Of a DNA stretch of 64,000 bases, positions 32,401-45,729 are shown piece after piece. The position numbers and the translations under genes are program-made. The DNA comes from Phaeosaccion multiseriatum. Its lineage: Eukaryota > Protista > Ochrophyta, other classes. Location of the stretch: positions 930,001 to 994,000 of the forward strand of contig OZ218959.1 of assembly GCA_965112735.1 (NCBI GenBank), read 5' to 3'. The number at the start of each line of letters is the position of its first letter. Within the stretch, counting starts at the first letter, position 1. Below the pieces are notes generated by a model. That model did no database searches. It saw only the letters and a list, made by a program, of their open reading frames with translations, and was not told the origin of the DNA.

Positions 32401-32844
32401 GGGGCTGCATTTGCTCAACTGCTGCGTCTGGTGGCCGAGTTTTTGAGCAAGCGGATGGAGCTGGCGTTACGGAAAAGGCGCTTCTCGCAGCTGGGGGGCC
32501 TGCAGCTCGACAAGGACCTTCGCACGCTCATGGCCTACCTCACCAAAGTGGGCGATGAGGCAGGGGCAGGGGCAGGGGCAGGAGCCGTGGCGGGGGCAGG
32601 GCCATCGGGAGCGGGGTTGTCGGGGGCGGGGGCGGCGGGCGGGCGAGGCATGGTGCGCGACTGCTTCGGGCGGCTCGTGCAAATGGTGCATCTGCTCAAC
32701 TACGAGACGCCCAGAGATGCAGAGGACGACTGGCGGCCTGGCTCCAAGCTGCAGGCACAGCTCAGCGCGGAGGAGGTGAAGGCCATCCTCTCGCAGAGAG
32801 ACGACTTCCTGCCCTCCGATATCGAGCTCATCAAAATGCAGTGA
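29407..32844 (+). CDS. COG4: Conserved oligomeric Golgi complex subunit 4
   Basis: AERVSSAVRRLD, SCVDDAFYV, FSQLGGLQLDKDLR, RDCFGRLVQMVHLLN and LSAEEVKAILSQRDDF; N-terminal coiled-coil exons start at 29407. Confidence 0.9.
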
Positions 32845-33073
32845 GGGACAGTCTGTCCTTCATTTATGTATCGTACTGTACCAGCCAAAACTTTTGCCTA
32901 TCAACACAAGACGGACGTAGGGTCTTTTGCTGTGTGCTGCTTGTATGTACATGCCGAGCGGCCCCCTCCCTCGACGCTCCAAGCGCGAGCAAGGAGGGCC
33001 CTCTCCGCAGCGACACCCAACGCCTCAGACACTGCCTACATGCCCCTAACCAACCCCCTAGGCCCCTACCCCG

Positions 33074-34952
33074 TCAGGCTCTCCTCGTGTTGCACACAGC
33101 GCACCGCGTGAGGAGGGGCGCGTTGCCCAGAAAGGTGCACTTGTGGCAGCCCCACTGCCCACCGCCGCGAGAGGGGCCTTGAGGAGTGCATTCAACTTCA
33201 ACAACGTCATCGTCGCCGCTGTCGCTGTCGCTCGCCAGGTCGATGACGCCCTCTGCCCTTTCAATGCCCTTTCCCTTGCCCTTGTCTGTTGCGCCCCCCG
33301 GGGTGTTGCCACCCGCCATAGCCTCAGCCCTCGCTGGTGCCGCCGTGCTCGCCCCCCGGGGTCTCTTGCTTGCCCCCCCTCCTCCCGCCCCTGCCGCCCG
33401 GTCCTTCTCCTCGGAGTCGCCCTTCCCACCGTCACCGTTGCCACTGTCATTGTCATCATCATCATCATCGTCATCCGAGCTGTCCCAAATCGAGCGCCGC
33501 TGCTTCTGGTTCTGCTGTTTCTGTTTCTCTTGCTGTTCCTTCTTCTGCCGCTCCTTGAACCAGTGCTCCTGCTCCTCCCGCTGCCTCTGCCGCCGCCGTT
33601 CCTGCTGGAGCGACTCCTCCTCTCGCTGTCTCTGCCGCCGTGTAGCCTCGCGCTCTGCGACTGCCCTCTCTGCTGCATTTGCTGCATCTGCACCTGCACC
33701 TACTGCTGCTGCTGCTGCTGCTGCTGCTTCCACTGCGCGCCCTTGCCGCACCCCACCCCCCTCGCCGCCCCCCCCCCCAGCGGTCTGACGGTTGAGGTTA
33801 GCCTGCAGCCTGGCGACGCGCTGTCTCCTCTGGGCCTCCTTCTCCTCGTGGGTTTCTGGCTGGTGATCTCGCTTTACCGCCACCTGCAGGCAGCAAGTTG
33901 TTCCAACAAGCAAGTTGTTCCTAGCAGCATCAGGATCCAGAATAAGGGGAGGGACCCCCCCCTTGCCTGCTCCCCTCACCTTTCTCCCCCTGGTCCCCTG
34001 CAGTCTCCCTCCTGAGGCCCCGGAGAGGGTCTGGCGAGGCCTGGACAAAGCATAGGGGGGGGAGGGGGGTGTTGTTGTCCGACAGAGGTGGATAGAACAG
34101 AGAGAGAAAGAGAGTGAGGGAAAGGAGAAGGGGGGGGGGGTTGTGAGAGGGCACCCTCTGGGGCGGAGGGAATACAGCGAGGGAGAGAGGGGGAAGGGGG
34201 AGAAAGGGAGGCATAGAAAGAGATCTGGCCTGCACCCCTCTTTGGTCTTCCTGCCCTGCATTATACCTGCGGGGTGCCCCTCTCCGTCCCCCGCCCCCCT
34301 CCTCCTCCTGCTCCTCATCGTCGTGGTGGAACTGAGGCGGACAGAAGAGAGACAGCGTGTGTGTGAGAGAGAGAGGCAGCACAGGCGTATGGGCACAGGC
34401 ACAGGGAAAGGGGGCAGGAGGAGCGCCTGACCGAGGGTTTGCGAGAGAGCAACACGGGGGTGAGGGACATACACGGGGAGAGAGAGTGGGAGAGGACGGG
34501 CACAGGGAATGGGGGGGGAATGGGGAGCGCCGGACCGAGGGCTCGAGAGAGAGAGCAGTATGGAAGCTGAGGGATACACATGTCTCGTACCTCGAGCCCG
34601 TGCTGGTATTCATGTTGATATTGGCAGGCCTGAAGGGGGGAAGGAGGAAGGCGTCAATTTGGTTGAATTCCTTCCCCACCCTTGTCTCCCTCATACCCAC
34701 CTTCCCATCTGGACATCGCTTCTTCCCCCTCTTGTTGTTCCGTGTCTAGTGACGGAGAGAGGAGGAGAGAGAGGGGATTAGACTTGGAGGCTCTCGAGGG
34801 CGGGGGCGGCAAACTGGCAAATTGGGGGGAAACGAGGAAAAAGTGATGGATCGAGTCTTTGGGAATACCACATCCTCTTCAGCAGCCCTTACTTGAAGTC
34901 CTCGGATAGTCTGCGTCCCCCCTCCTCTCCCTCCTCTTCCTCTTCCCGCCAT
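33074..34952 (-). CDS. Hypothetical protein with coiled coil and C-terminal RanBP2/NZF-type zinc finger
   Basis: C-terminus WGCHKCTFLGNAPLLTRCAVC (W-x-C-x2-C-TF...C-x2-C). First exon MAGRGRGGRGG ends at a GTAAG donor; middle exons are uncertain. Confidence 0.6.
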
Positions 34953-35113
34953 GTCTGATATCGTCGTTGTGGAGGTGTCAAGCGACAAATATGTCAGCGG
35001 CCCAGTCCCATGCACCCGCCCCTCTCTGAATCACACCCCACGCAAAAAAAAAAAGACCGCCCTCTCCTCCAAGGACAGCAAGGAACCCAATCATCCTCCA
35101 GCTGTTTGAATCA

Positions 35114-36833
35114 ATGCCTCCTCGGCAGCGACTCGTTACCGCCGCTGGCATTGGTGAGCACGCTTCTTGCTCCTTCTCGTCCTTTGTGACCTTGGTCTCT
35201 GGTTGCCCCTTCGGCCCGCCCCCTTTCCCACCCTTACCCGCCCTTGCAATCTCCTTATCACTCTCTAATCCTTTCCCTTGTTCATATGCCTTTCCGTCTC
35301 CCCAACCTCTCCCTTCATCCCCTGCTGCTCAATCTCATCTCACCTCCTGGCCTTCCCTCTTCTCCACCTCCCCCCTTCATTTCCTCCACGCCTTCTCTCC
35401 TTCTCCTCATCCGTGCGCCTTCCTCCCCCGATCCTGTCCATGCAGCCGTGCTGGCGGCTGTCGCGTCTACACACGCCTTCTCGACCTGCCCGGCTGTTGT
35501 CGCTCGAGCCTTCTCGGGCATTGGCGCCGCGCCCGCCTCGACCTCGACAGCCTCCTCCTTCACCCCCTCCTCGGGCTCGAGGGCTGCGTTCGCTGCCCCT
35601 TCAAAGCTTAAGATGTTGTTCGGAGGGCTGGACCCCTTCAAGAAGAAGACCTTTGACTATGGCACACTGAGCGGCGCCGCTGCCGAGGCGGGTCGAGGTG
35701 CGTGAAGAGGCACCACGGCAAGGCAGAGGCGGAGCTCGAGCGAAAGGAACGTTGCCTCTCCAAGTGTGCTTACCCCTTCAGCCCCCCCCCCCCTCCCTCC
35801 CTGCCGCTCCTCCTCCCCTCCCAGCTGCTATGAAGGGGGAGGTGCCCGTGAAGAGCGAGGAGGGCTACGACATTGGCACCTTCGCGGGGGGCTGCTTCTG
35901 GGGTATTGAGCTGCACATGCAGCGGCTGGAGGGCGTCGTGTAAGTCGCTCTCTTGTGCTTATGCGGTACCTTAGGTGGTGCTGGTGCCCTCTGAATGTGG
36001 AGCGCGCGTGATTGCACGTCTCCTTCCTACCGCTCGAGCCTGAGTCTCCTTCGTCTCCTTCGTCTCCCCCTCTTGCCCCCCCCCTCTCTCGGTTTCTACC
36101 TCATCCCATGGTGGTGCGGGCCCACAGCGGTACCTCCGTGGGCTACACGCAGGGGAAAGTGGAGCAGCCCGTGTACTCGGATGTGTGCAGCGGAGCCACG
36201 GGCCACACCGAGGCCATCCAGGTGTACTTTAAGCCTGATGAGGTCAGCTACGCCCAGGTGGTCAGGCACTTCCTCGACCGCATCAACCCCACCACGGTGA
36301 GTAGTGAAAGAGTGAGTGCGTGGTGGGGTGGGAAGTTATTGAAGCATGTCTCGCACGGCAGGCACTTGCCGCGCGAAGTAATGGGGACAAGAGACGTGAA
36401 ACTCACGCACGCACGCACGCACGCACGCACAGGTGAACGGGCAAGGAAACGATTTCGGCACGCAGTACCGCACCGGCATTTACCCGCACACGCCCGAGCA
36501 GGATAAGATTGCTCGGCAGGCCCTGGCGGACGAGGCCCCCAAGTACGACAAGCCCATCGCCATGGAGATTGAGCCCGCAGCCGTGTACTGGCCCGCCGAG
36601 GACTACCACCAGCAGGTAAAGAGGGCTGTGGCTGCAATCGTGCGAGAAGGCTTTGCTTCTGTCTCTGTTTTCCCTTTTGTGCCTCATCATCACCCTTCTC
36701 CTTTCGTTCCTTCGTTCCCCTCCTTTGTTGGTGCGTGCTGCGCTGTGCCGTCCCGCCGCTCGGGCAGTACTTGGAGAAGGGAAACCAGAGCGCGGCCAAG
36801 GGCTCCACGGAGACCATCAGGTGCTACGGGTAG
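35114..36833 (+). CDS. msrA: Peptide methionine sulfoxide reductase A, probably plastid-targeted
   Basis: FAGGCFWG, VGYTQG, TGHTEAIQV, QGNDFGTQYRTGIY, AEDYHQQYLEKG and IRCYG*. The N-terminus has a signal peptide ending ASTHA-F followed by an S/A-rich transit peptide. Confidence 0.95.
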
Positions 36834-37448
36834 GAGAGAGGCTGACCACTTAGTGCTCTGCCAACCGGAGCAATGCATGTAGGTAGACAAGAAGGAGAGT
36901 TTGGGAAAGGTGACGGGGCCGGGCCGGGCGGGGCGGGGCTCCCTTGTTCCGATAAATAAACGAAGCGAAGGAGCAAGTCTCCACTTTGCCTCGTTATTGT
37001 GACGAGTTTACTGCAAGCCGGCCGTAAAGCGCCTTTATTTCCTTTTATTGCATGTGGGGGAGGGGCCAAGCAAAGTGCTCCTTCCCTCTTCTTGGATCAG
37101 TGCGACTATTGTTACACCAAAGACTCTGGGGGTCTTATTGCACTCCCCTTGCCCACCGCTACCCGGGACGCGAAACAAAACTGCTCAACTCAGCCATAAA
37201 GGCACTTTCACTTTGGGGGGGGGGCGGGGAGTCGAGGGGAGGGCCTTGCAGACACCCTGCCTGGCCCTTACGTGAGGAACAAGAGTTTCCTAGGCTTATG
37301 GGGGGTACAGGAGCCAATGAGGCAGGCATTCAACTTGTCTTTTAAAAAAAAACGTGCTTCTCTTCTCATTCAGTCCCCCCCTCTCTCTCTCTCTCGCACC
37401 CCCCGACCCAAAACCCAAAGGCCCTGGCCTGCTATTGACATCCGAATG

Positions 37449-37919
37449 TCGGCCCCATGCACGCCTAGCGGCCTAGGCCTATTTGGGAAAATTGCCCGGC
37501 CTAGCGAGAGCCGTAGGCCCGCGCGGCCTAGGGCAGACACCAGACACCAGCCAACTTGCTTAGTGGGTGAATGGGAGTGCCCAGAGTGCAAAGAGTAGTC
37601 AGTTTTCATTGCATGGGATTGGAAGTGAGGAGTAGACTTGGTTCGTGTTGTCACTTCCGCCTCGCTGGCCCTACGAGGAGTGCAGACCTACATGTGTGCT
37701 GCTACGCTGCTACCCACTGGCTGGGCGGCACCACGCACGCGCCCACGGTCACTGGGAGGCTGCCTAGAGGCGGGCTATATAGGCCGCCTAGGACTGAAAA
37801 GTGAGCGGGCTAGAGCGGCCGGAGGCCGCCGGCCTAGGCCTAGATTGGCCGAAGGCCCCCCCCCCCGAGCGGCCTAGCGGCCTAGAGCAAAACCGCTAGG
37901 CGTGCATGGGCGGGGCCGA
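37449..37919. mobile_element. MITE-like non-autonomous element
   Basis: Perfect 18-bp inverted repeat CCCATGCACGCCTAGCGG (37454-37471 / 37893-37910), extended by TCGGCCCC/GGGGCCGA. Flanking direct repeat CGAATG; many subterminal CGGCCTAG(G) repeats; no recognisable ORF. Confidence 0.75.
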
Positions 37920-38474
37920 CGAATGTACATGCCAAATCTTAAAACCTTCCTTCAAGCCAGTAAACACATTTATTTTGCCACGCTCCCCTCTTTGCTCCTG
38001 CTGCTGCTTCATCCCCGACTTGCACAGACTGAGTAATGGAAGGGGTGAGAAGAAGAGGAAGAAGGGAAGAAGGGAAAAAGAGCCAGTTGCTGGTTTCCGT
38101 CGATGGATAGTGTACCACAAACACCCCGGGGGGCAGTTGAGCCAAAATCATCTCGGGTGGCACGTTGAACTGAAATTATGAAAGGCAATCGTGTCGTGGA
38201 CTTTAACGCTAGGATAATCCTCACAGCACAGGCACAGGCAGAGAGAGGAGGGACCGAAGAAATTATATCTCATTGCTTCACTCTCTCTTCTCCACCTCGT
38301 CTCTGATCCTGCTGGACGCTGCCGCATTTGTTGAGGGATCTAGGAACCAAGCCACCTTCCTTCCCAACGAGAAGGAGCACACGCTTACGAGGCAAAAAAA
38401 GCCTCAACTCGTCAGCAGCCGGTTGCAGTTCTTCGCAGAGAGCCTCTTTTGTCAGTAGGAGCACACACAGCAGG

Positions 38475-39352
38475 ATGGTGCACAAGGGAGCATTGGTTGC
38501 CAGCGGATTGGCACTCCTGGCAGGAGCTGATGCCTTCACAACAGGTCGACCATCAGCACTTGTGCAACGGAGTAGCAGTAGCAGCAGCGCCCGTGCGACG
38601 CGTCAAGTAGTACGAATGGTGTCTACCGTTCCACAGTCAGCAGGTGAGGAGCAGGCACGGCTTGATGGACTGGTAGTTGTGCCACTGCGTGTACGAAAGC
38701 ACGAGGGTGCCCTGTATCGCCTTGCCGTCTACACGCCCTGCCAGGATCTTTAGAGTCAATTGCATAGTCTTTCTTTTCTTCTTTTCTGTTCTGGTGGAGT
38801 GCTCTTTACGTTACTCTGTCCTCGCTCGTCCTCCATGCTTTGACTGGGGATAACTATTTATCTCGCCTCTGCTAGACTCCATGGTGGTGTGTTAGAGCTT
38901 CCTCCCTCCTCGCGGCCTTGGATGGTCTTTGACCTCTCAAGCTGGCGCCTGTGAAGCCTCTGCATAGCGCCCGTCTTGCCACCGAGACACGCCACCAGCG
39001 TCACTAATTCCCTTATGTTCTCAGAACCTCTCCCTATACCCAAACACGAACAAACTCGTCCATGTGGTGTTTTTCTCTAATCCTCCGATGACTTACCCCC
39101 GCCCCTTCACAGTACCCCGGTCCAAGCCGCAACAGCAGCAGCAGCAGCGACGAGTGAAGGCCCCTGCGCCTGCCAAGGTGGAGGTGGTTTACTCCAGCAG
39201 CACCACGACCAGCACCAACACAAGGGTGCGCACCACCATTCCCAACGCTCGGGGAGGTGAGGTGATGGGCACTTGGCAGTTCAAGGTCCTCAACTCATTG
39301 ATCAGGTGAGGCTCAGTTATTAACCTTCTCCGTGTTCAGGGTAAGGAGCATG

Positions 39353-39412
<60 letters not shown>

Positions 39413-40649
39413 CACTCACCTTACCTTCAAACCCTTCCCTCCCTTGTGACCCGTTTCTACCGTGTCCTGCTTGTGCCCCCTCTTGCTCTGCTGCTGTCAG
39501 CTTCCCCCTGTTTAACGCCATTCTGTTCGGAGTGTACCGGAAACAAATGGTCCAGAAGGCGGAGGGCATGGGCATCAAGTGGACGGCCTTCCTCACAGAC
39601 CTGAAGGAGAAGCTGCCCAAGCTGCAACAAATGGCGAAGGACATGAAAAACCCTGCCCTCACCATCCCCGACTATTACTACGCCCCCATCCACGCCTACG
39701 CCGACGGGAACTTGTGCTGGGACTCAGCCATGGAGGAGGACTTGTGGAGCAAGCTCATGATCGCTCCCCTCTACGACAACTCGGTGAGTGAGTGAGTGAG
39801 TGAGTGAGTGAGTGAGTGAGTGACTGCGGCCTTGTGCTCGCTTTAGTGATGTCGTGATGTCGTGTCTTACGTGCGTCGTTTCCCTTTCCCTACAGTCCCT
39901 TCATCCTCTTAACCACTCTAACACTCAACATCATGCCATGGACGTTCTTGAACAACTCAGGTGCACGGAGACGTCTTGATGCGCCGCGACTGGCTGGACA
40001 CGTGCAAGAAGTACATTGGCGTGGACGAGGTGAAGAACGTCATCGACCTCGGCTGTGGCACGGGCCTTTCCATGTACATGATCCAGAGCACCTGGCACAA
40101 GGCAGAGCTGCTGGGGGTGGACATGAGCACCTACAAGCTGGCCATCTCGCAGGAGAAGCTCAGCAAGAAGAGCCAGGACGTGCAGAACAAGGTGCAGCTC
40201 AAGCACATGCCCGCGGAGGCCACAGAGGAGCCCGACGCCAAGTACGACTTGGCCACCATCTGCCTGGTGAACCACGAGAGCCCCGAGCAGGTGTCCAAGG
40301 ACATGTTCAAGGAGGCCTACCGAGTGCTCCGACCCGGGGGGGTGTTCACTGTGTTGGACTTGGACAAGAACAACCTCGAGGTGCGTCAGCTGTGGCGTGC
40401 TCCCCTCCTTACTCTCGCCACTTACTCTTGCCACCTCCCGCCCCACCCCCATGCTCTCCACCATTACAGATCCTGCTGGAGAACCCTTTCGTGGCTGCCA
40501 TTTACGCTCAGACGGAGCCTTACATGGAGGAATATCTCAAACTCAACATGCCGAAGGCCCTGGAGGAGACGGGCTTCCAACTACTGGAGGTTCGCAGTTC
40601 GTCGCCCTCTCATATCTCGCTCATAGCACGCAAGCCCCTGGAGGCATGA
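38475..40649 (+). CDS. Class I SAM-dependent methyltransferase (Methyltransf_11/UbiE-like), probably plastid-targeted
   Basis: Motif I VIDLGCGTG, post-I GVDMS, YDLATICLVNHE, EAYRVLRPGG and PDYYYAPIHAYADGNLCW. N-terminus LALLAGADA-FTT resembles a bipartite targeting signal. Confidence 0.85.
39356..39411. repeat. (TA)n microsatellite, intronic
   Basis: Uninterrupted TA run. Confidence 0.95.
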
Positions 40650-41096
40650 GCTTGGACGGCTGAAGGAGCCGATATACAGGGTAAAGAGAACGCGCCGGGG
40701 GAGGGGGATTTGAGGCCGTACTCCTCCGTAACAATTTTTTACGGCTAATGATGGCTCGTCCGGCCCACTTGTTTATAATGTTTTACGCCCGGCCAGAGGT
40801 GATGGTCCGGAAGATGGGAGGTCATCATGAAATGATGGTTTACTTACATAATGGAAGCGTCTATTTTAATTAAAATAAAAGAAGAACAAAAAAAAAAAGA
40901 ACAAAAAATCGCCCCCAAAAAATCCGTTTATTAATTCGAGAGGGAAAACGCGATGAAAGCCGAAAGGCTATGATCGAAAAGCATCTCAAGCGCTTCTCAC
41001 TGAAAAGGAAATTTCGAAATTTCGAAGAGCTACACGAAGAGTTACAGTACGATTTAGACACAAATCAAAGGGGGCCAGACACAATAAGAAAGAAGC

Positions 41097-41143
41097 TCAA
41101 GCCTCCACCCACCGCAGCTGAGGCGACAAGAACGTGGCCGGAC

Positions 41144-41182
<39 letters not shown>

Positions 41183-44080
41183 CCTCCGAGCCGAGGCGGT
41201 GGAGAAGGTTTGTAGCCCAGCGAAGTGTGTCCCCTCCTGAGTGGCCCTTGAAGCGGAGGGAGGGCCCGCCCATGAGGCCGCGAGGCGCCAGAAGGATGCT
41301 CACGTCGCTGCTGGAGTGTGACTGGTGCTCGGGCCCGCTGCTGTGGAGCGCAGAGCCATCGGCCGCACTGTCATTGGCGTTGGCCTGGTCTGAGCCCTCA
41401 GTATCAGACACCTCTCCTCCTCGTGCAGCTGCCCTCGCTGTCTCCACAACAAGTTGGCCGCACACGCCCCCCTCAGCCTTCAGCTTCAGAGGGGCCATCG
41501 TGCTGTCAGAGATGGCATTGAACAAATCAAGAGAGGGGGTGAGGAGTGAGGAGTGGCGAACAGCGACCGATTGCACTTACTGCTCAAGTCAATTAAAATA
41601 AATCTATCCATCAATCCTCGTACCTGCCCGACTCTCCGACGTAGAACGTGTCTCCGCTCTCCGGCAAACACACCCACCGCCTCTTCCAGCTCGTTAGGGA
41701 GGGCAAGGCGCCGCTCGTGGTGCTGCTCGTGCTGCTGCCAATGCCGTCCAGCGAGAGGCCAAACGTGTCCATTGCAGGCTTCACCGCTGCCCTTCCCTCG
41801 CAACTCCCCACGAGTCCTTCGCCGAAGAATGCATCCTCGCAGGCCACTTCACTGCTGCTGCCGATATGGGTACTGCTGTCACCGCCGATACTTGTGCCGT
41901 TGATGAGATGAAGGGCCCTCGGGAAGACGAGGCGCCTCTTTGCCCCGCTGCGGCTGCGCGTGGCCAAGGTCACGATGACATCCACAGAGGCCACAGAGGC
42001 ATCAGACGCGCTGCTGCTGCCGCTGCCCGAGTCGCTGAAGAAGGGAGGCAGCGCAAAGGAGGCGTAGGCAAAGCCCTTGACGCTCCTCCCGAGGCTCTGC
42101 AGCTGCAGCACCTCAACCTCCGTACCTTGCCCCTCACCCCTGCCCACGCAAACACGCTCCACTCTCTCTCCATCTCTATCTACACCTCCCACACACAGCT
42201 GAATCAGAGGCCCGCTGGAGCGCGCGTGTGCAGCCGCTGCTGATTGCACTGGGGGGGGGGGGGGCACCGCCATATTGGGCACCAGACAGAGCGCGGGCGC
42301 CAGGCGCTCCACCATCCTACTGCTACTGCTCCGCCGCTTCCTTCCGTTCCCTTCGCCGCGCCTGCCCGCCGTCAGATGGCCTCCCCTCTCTCCCGATGCC
42401 GTGGCAGGTGCTGTTGCAGGGCCTTGCACGGAAGATCCCTCCCCCTCCCTCCCCCTCTCTGCGGCCGCCGCTTTAGATCGGTTGATGATGGCCATGAGCA
42501 CCTCCCTGCGACGCACGCACGCACAAGACGCACCAACATAAGACCTGTAAGTGCCAAACCAAGTACATACCCGTAGTGCACGTGTACAGACATACATACC
42601 CCCCCACTCATACAGACACCCATTCATTCCTAGCGCCCCTTCCCCTTCACCGACCACCTCACGCACCTCTCCGACGGACGCTCTCTCTCGCGCTCCTCCC
42701 GCTCCTCCTCTCCCCCCCCCCCCTCCTCCTCCTCCTGCTGCTGCTGCCTCTTGGCGCTCTCGAGAAAGGCCCTGTGCTGGCGCAGCGTCTTGCCCCCGTA
42801 CTGCACCTCTGCGGAGGCCTCCACTGCGGCACTCCATTCCCTTGCGTAGTGTAAGCGCCCCTCCTCGGACATGGTCCTAGACCCGCTCAAGCCGTCGTTC
42901 CCTTCACTCTTCACCCCCTCCTCTCCGTCCCCCCCATCCTTCTCTAGTGCCACTTGCAGACCTCTCCTCCTCGCCCCCGCCTCCTCTGCCCTCTCGACCT
43001 CCCTCTCTGCGCTCTGTCGGGCCCACCGCTCCTTCTCCTCCAGTCTCTGCAGGAAGGCTCTCCGCTGGGCCTCACTCATTGCGAGGGCCCTTTGCTCGGC
43101 TTGTTGACGCTTTTGCTCGCGCCTCTCCCTCAGCTCCTCCCCAGTCACAGCAAGCCCAACCCCAAGCAAGGGGCCACTCGCACGTAGAGAAGGGCCGCTA
43201 AAGTCTTCCCACTCGTCCCTTTCCTCACCACCTTCCTCTCCTCTTCCTCCTCCTCCTTCCTCTCCTCCTCCTTGTTCTTCTTCTTCTTCTTCTTCTTCTC
43301 TTCCTCCTCCTCCTCCTTCTCCTCCTCGTTCCCCTTCCTCCGACACTGCGCCTGCCCTGACGACGCTGTCCTCCGAGGACTCCAAAGATGCGTCGCTGTC
43401 CTCCCTCGCCTCCCATAGCTCCTCCTCTTCTTCCTCTTCCTCTTCCTCCTCATGCGGTGTATCCACGGCGCCGCCAGCCCTGCCAGGCCCGTGCCCCTCC
43501 GTCCCTCCTTCTCCTGCTCCTCCGCCTGCCCCTGCCATACCCGACCCGTCTGACGTCACTACCGAAGTCGGCGTCCCCCCGGCGGAGGCGGCACTGAGAG
43601 TCGGGTCCTGCTCAAGCATCTGCTCAAGCAGTACCCACTCCCCGCTCCCTTCACGCTGCTCCGCCCCGCTGTCTTGAGCATTACCGTGTTCACAATCACC
43701 ACCACCACCACCACCACCACCATCATCATCGTGGTGGTCATTCGCGGCATGAGGTCCCTGTATCTGCTCGTCCTGCTGCTCGGAGCCATCAATCCCCTCT
43801 GATGCCGGGAGTCCGAGAAAGGCGAGCAGCGAGCCCTTCCTTGGCATGTGGGCGGGTGACTGCTGCTCCCGACCTTCATCTTCACTCTCCCCCTCACTGC
43901 TGTCCAGCCCCATGCCCATGCCGCTCTCGCCCTCCGTGTCCGAGCTTTCTCTCTCCTCCCCCTCCTCCCCCTCTACCTGTAGGCCATGCACACACACACA
44001 CACACACACCACATACGGTGAGTCACAGCCAATGCCAATCGGTCCACTTTTGGGGGAGGGACGGACCGGCCAGCCTGGCA

Positions 44081-44119
<39 letters not shown>

Positions 44120-44587
44120 CATTTCATAGTGCCGTGTACCTTTGTTACACTGCACAGGTACAACTTCACTTCACTGCCACTTGACTTGTGTCAGCGCCCA
44201 CGCTTTGCCTTGCTTGCCTTTCTCTGCCGCTCTTCCTCCTTCTCTGCGTCCGTCTTCAAGCCGAGCATGGACATGAGAGAGCTCGTCCCCGTCCGGCTGG
44301 CGCTCTTGGTAGCAGACGACGTCTCCTCGCTGCTCGGACCAGGCGTGGACTGTCCCTTGTCCTTGTCCTTGTCCTTCTCGGCGGTGCCTGTCATTCTGTC
44401 CCACCAACTCCCCCGCCGCCCCCCCGTGCCAGCCCCCCCCTCTGTGGTGTTCGAATCTGCACCGCCGCTCGTCCCCTTGGCTGGCGTTTTTAGACTCTCT
44501 TGGGCTGCTGCTGCTGGCGCTGCCACTGCTGCTTGCGCCGGAGGGGCGGGAGCTTGCTTCGAGGCCTTCACATGGGCCGCTGCTGGC

Positions 44588-44629
<42 letters not shown>

Positions 44630-45729
44630 TGGGCCGGAGGGGCGGAAGCTTCCTTCTTCAAAGGTTGCTCCACAGCATCCGTGCTGCCGCTGCTAGCAAT
44701 TGAGGACGAAGAGCTGCTTTTCCCTTCTCGAGCCGTCCATCTCGACGCCACGCTTCCGCTACTCGTGCTCCTCGCGGCGCTGGGCACGGCGGGTGGAGCA
44801 GCAGCAGAGGATGAGGCAGACTCGAACACCGAGGCCATATCGCGCACAGAGCGGGGCCGGGGTTGGGCCGCAAGAGGCGTGGGGGCCGAGGCAGGGGGGG
44901 GCACATCGGCCCCCGCAGTTGCTGCTACTGCTGCTGGTGCTGCTCCGTCACTCGCAGTCCTCACAGGCACTCCTTTGAAGGAAGGGGGCCGAGCAGCAGC
45001 GGTGGAAGCGTTCCATCTAGACGCCACCCCCCCCCCTACACTCTGTTTCTGGTTCACCGGTACTGCTGCTGAGGCTGGGGCCGGCGCTGACTTTACGCCT
45101 TGTCTCGCCGGTGCCGGCACCGGTGTTGTGGCCGACTTCGCTGGACCCCCTCTCGCAGGGGCGGGTGCCGAAGCGGGAGCAGCTGCAGCACCACCGGGCA
45201 GCACAAGCCTGGCTCGGAGGTCGGGAGGGAGGAACTCGGCGAGGTACTCATTGACTCTGTCCTCCCTCTGCGCCTTGAGGAGGCCCGATAGGTCCTAAGT
45301 ACAGGGCATTAAGGGAACAATACAGAGAAGGTGAAAAGACCATTCCAACACAGAAATTGTGAGTGTTTGCCTGAGTTATTGCTCAGCACGTCCAAGACAA
45401 GCCAGAGCACGTCCAAGACAAGCCAGAGCAGAGACATGAGGGAGGGAGAAAAAAGACGGAAAAAAATTCCCAAGCCGAGTGAGCGGTGGCAAGGCGCAAA
45501 GGAAAGCCGCCCCCCCCCCCGGATAGCCACGTAGAGAAGAAGGACAGAGGGGGAGAAAGCTCCTTGCCATCCAGGGAGCGTCGCCTCGGCTGCTACCTAC
45601 TCACACCTCCTCAACCGCTTTCCCGGCCTCTCCCCGTCCTTCTCAAGCGTCTCTTACCTTCTTCTTGCGCTCGTTCAGCACTCTGCCCAGCGCCCGCTGC
45701 ACCTCTGCGGGGTCGTTCTTCTTCGCCAT
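41097..45729 (-). CDS. Large low-complexity hypothetical protein, multi-exon
   Basis: Exon 1 MAKKNDPAEVQRALGRVLNERKKK ends at a GTAAG donor and splices in frame to DLSGLLKAQRED... A phase-0 GC-AG join (44217-43977) links it to acidic/coiled-coil exons. The 3' exons are uncertain and this could be two genes. Confidence 0.5.

Noticed and set aside
35880-35910. Selenocysteine MsrA
   Set aside because: The active-site codon is TGC (GCFWG), not TGA
41007-41027. Heat-shock element (GAAATTTCGAAATTTCGAA)
   Set aside because: Spacing does not give contiguous nGAAn units, and the site lies between gene 3' ends
43802-45298. 498-aa plus-strand ORF and similar antisense or poly-amino-acid ORFs throughout the window
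   Set aside because: These are shadow frames of GC-rich coding sequence or microsatellites, with no recognisable motifs or splice support
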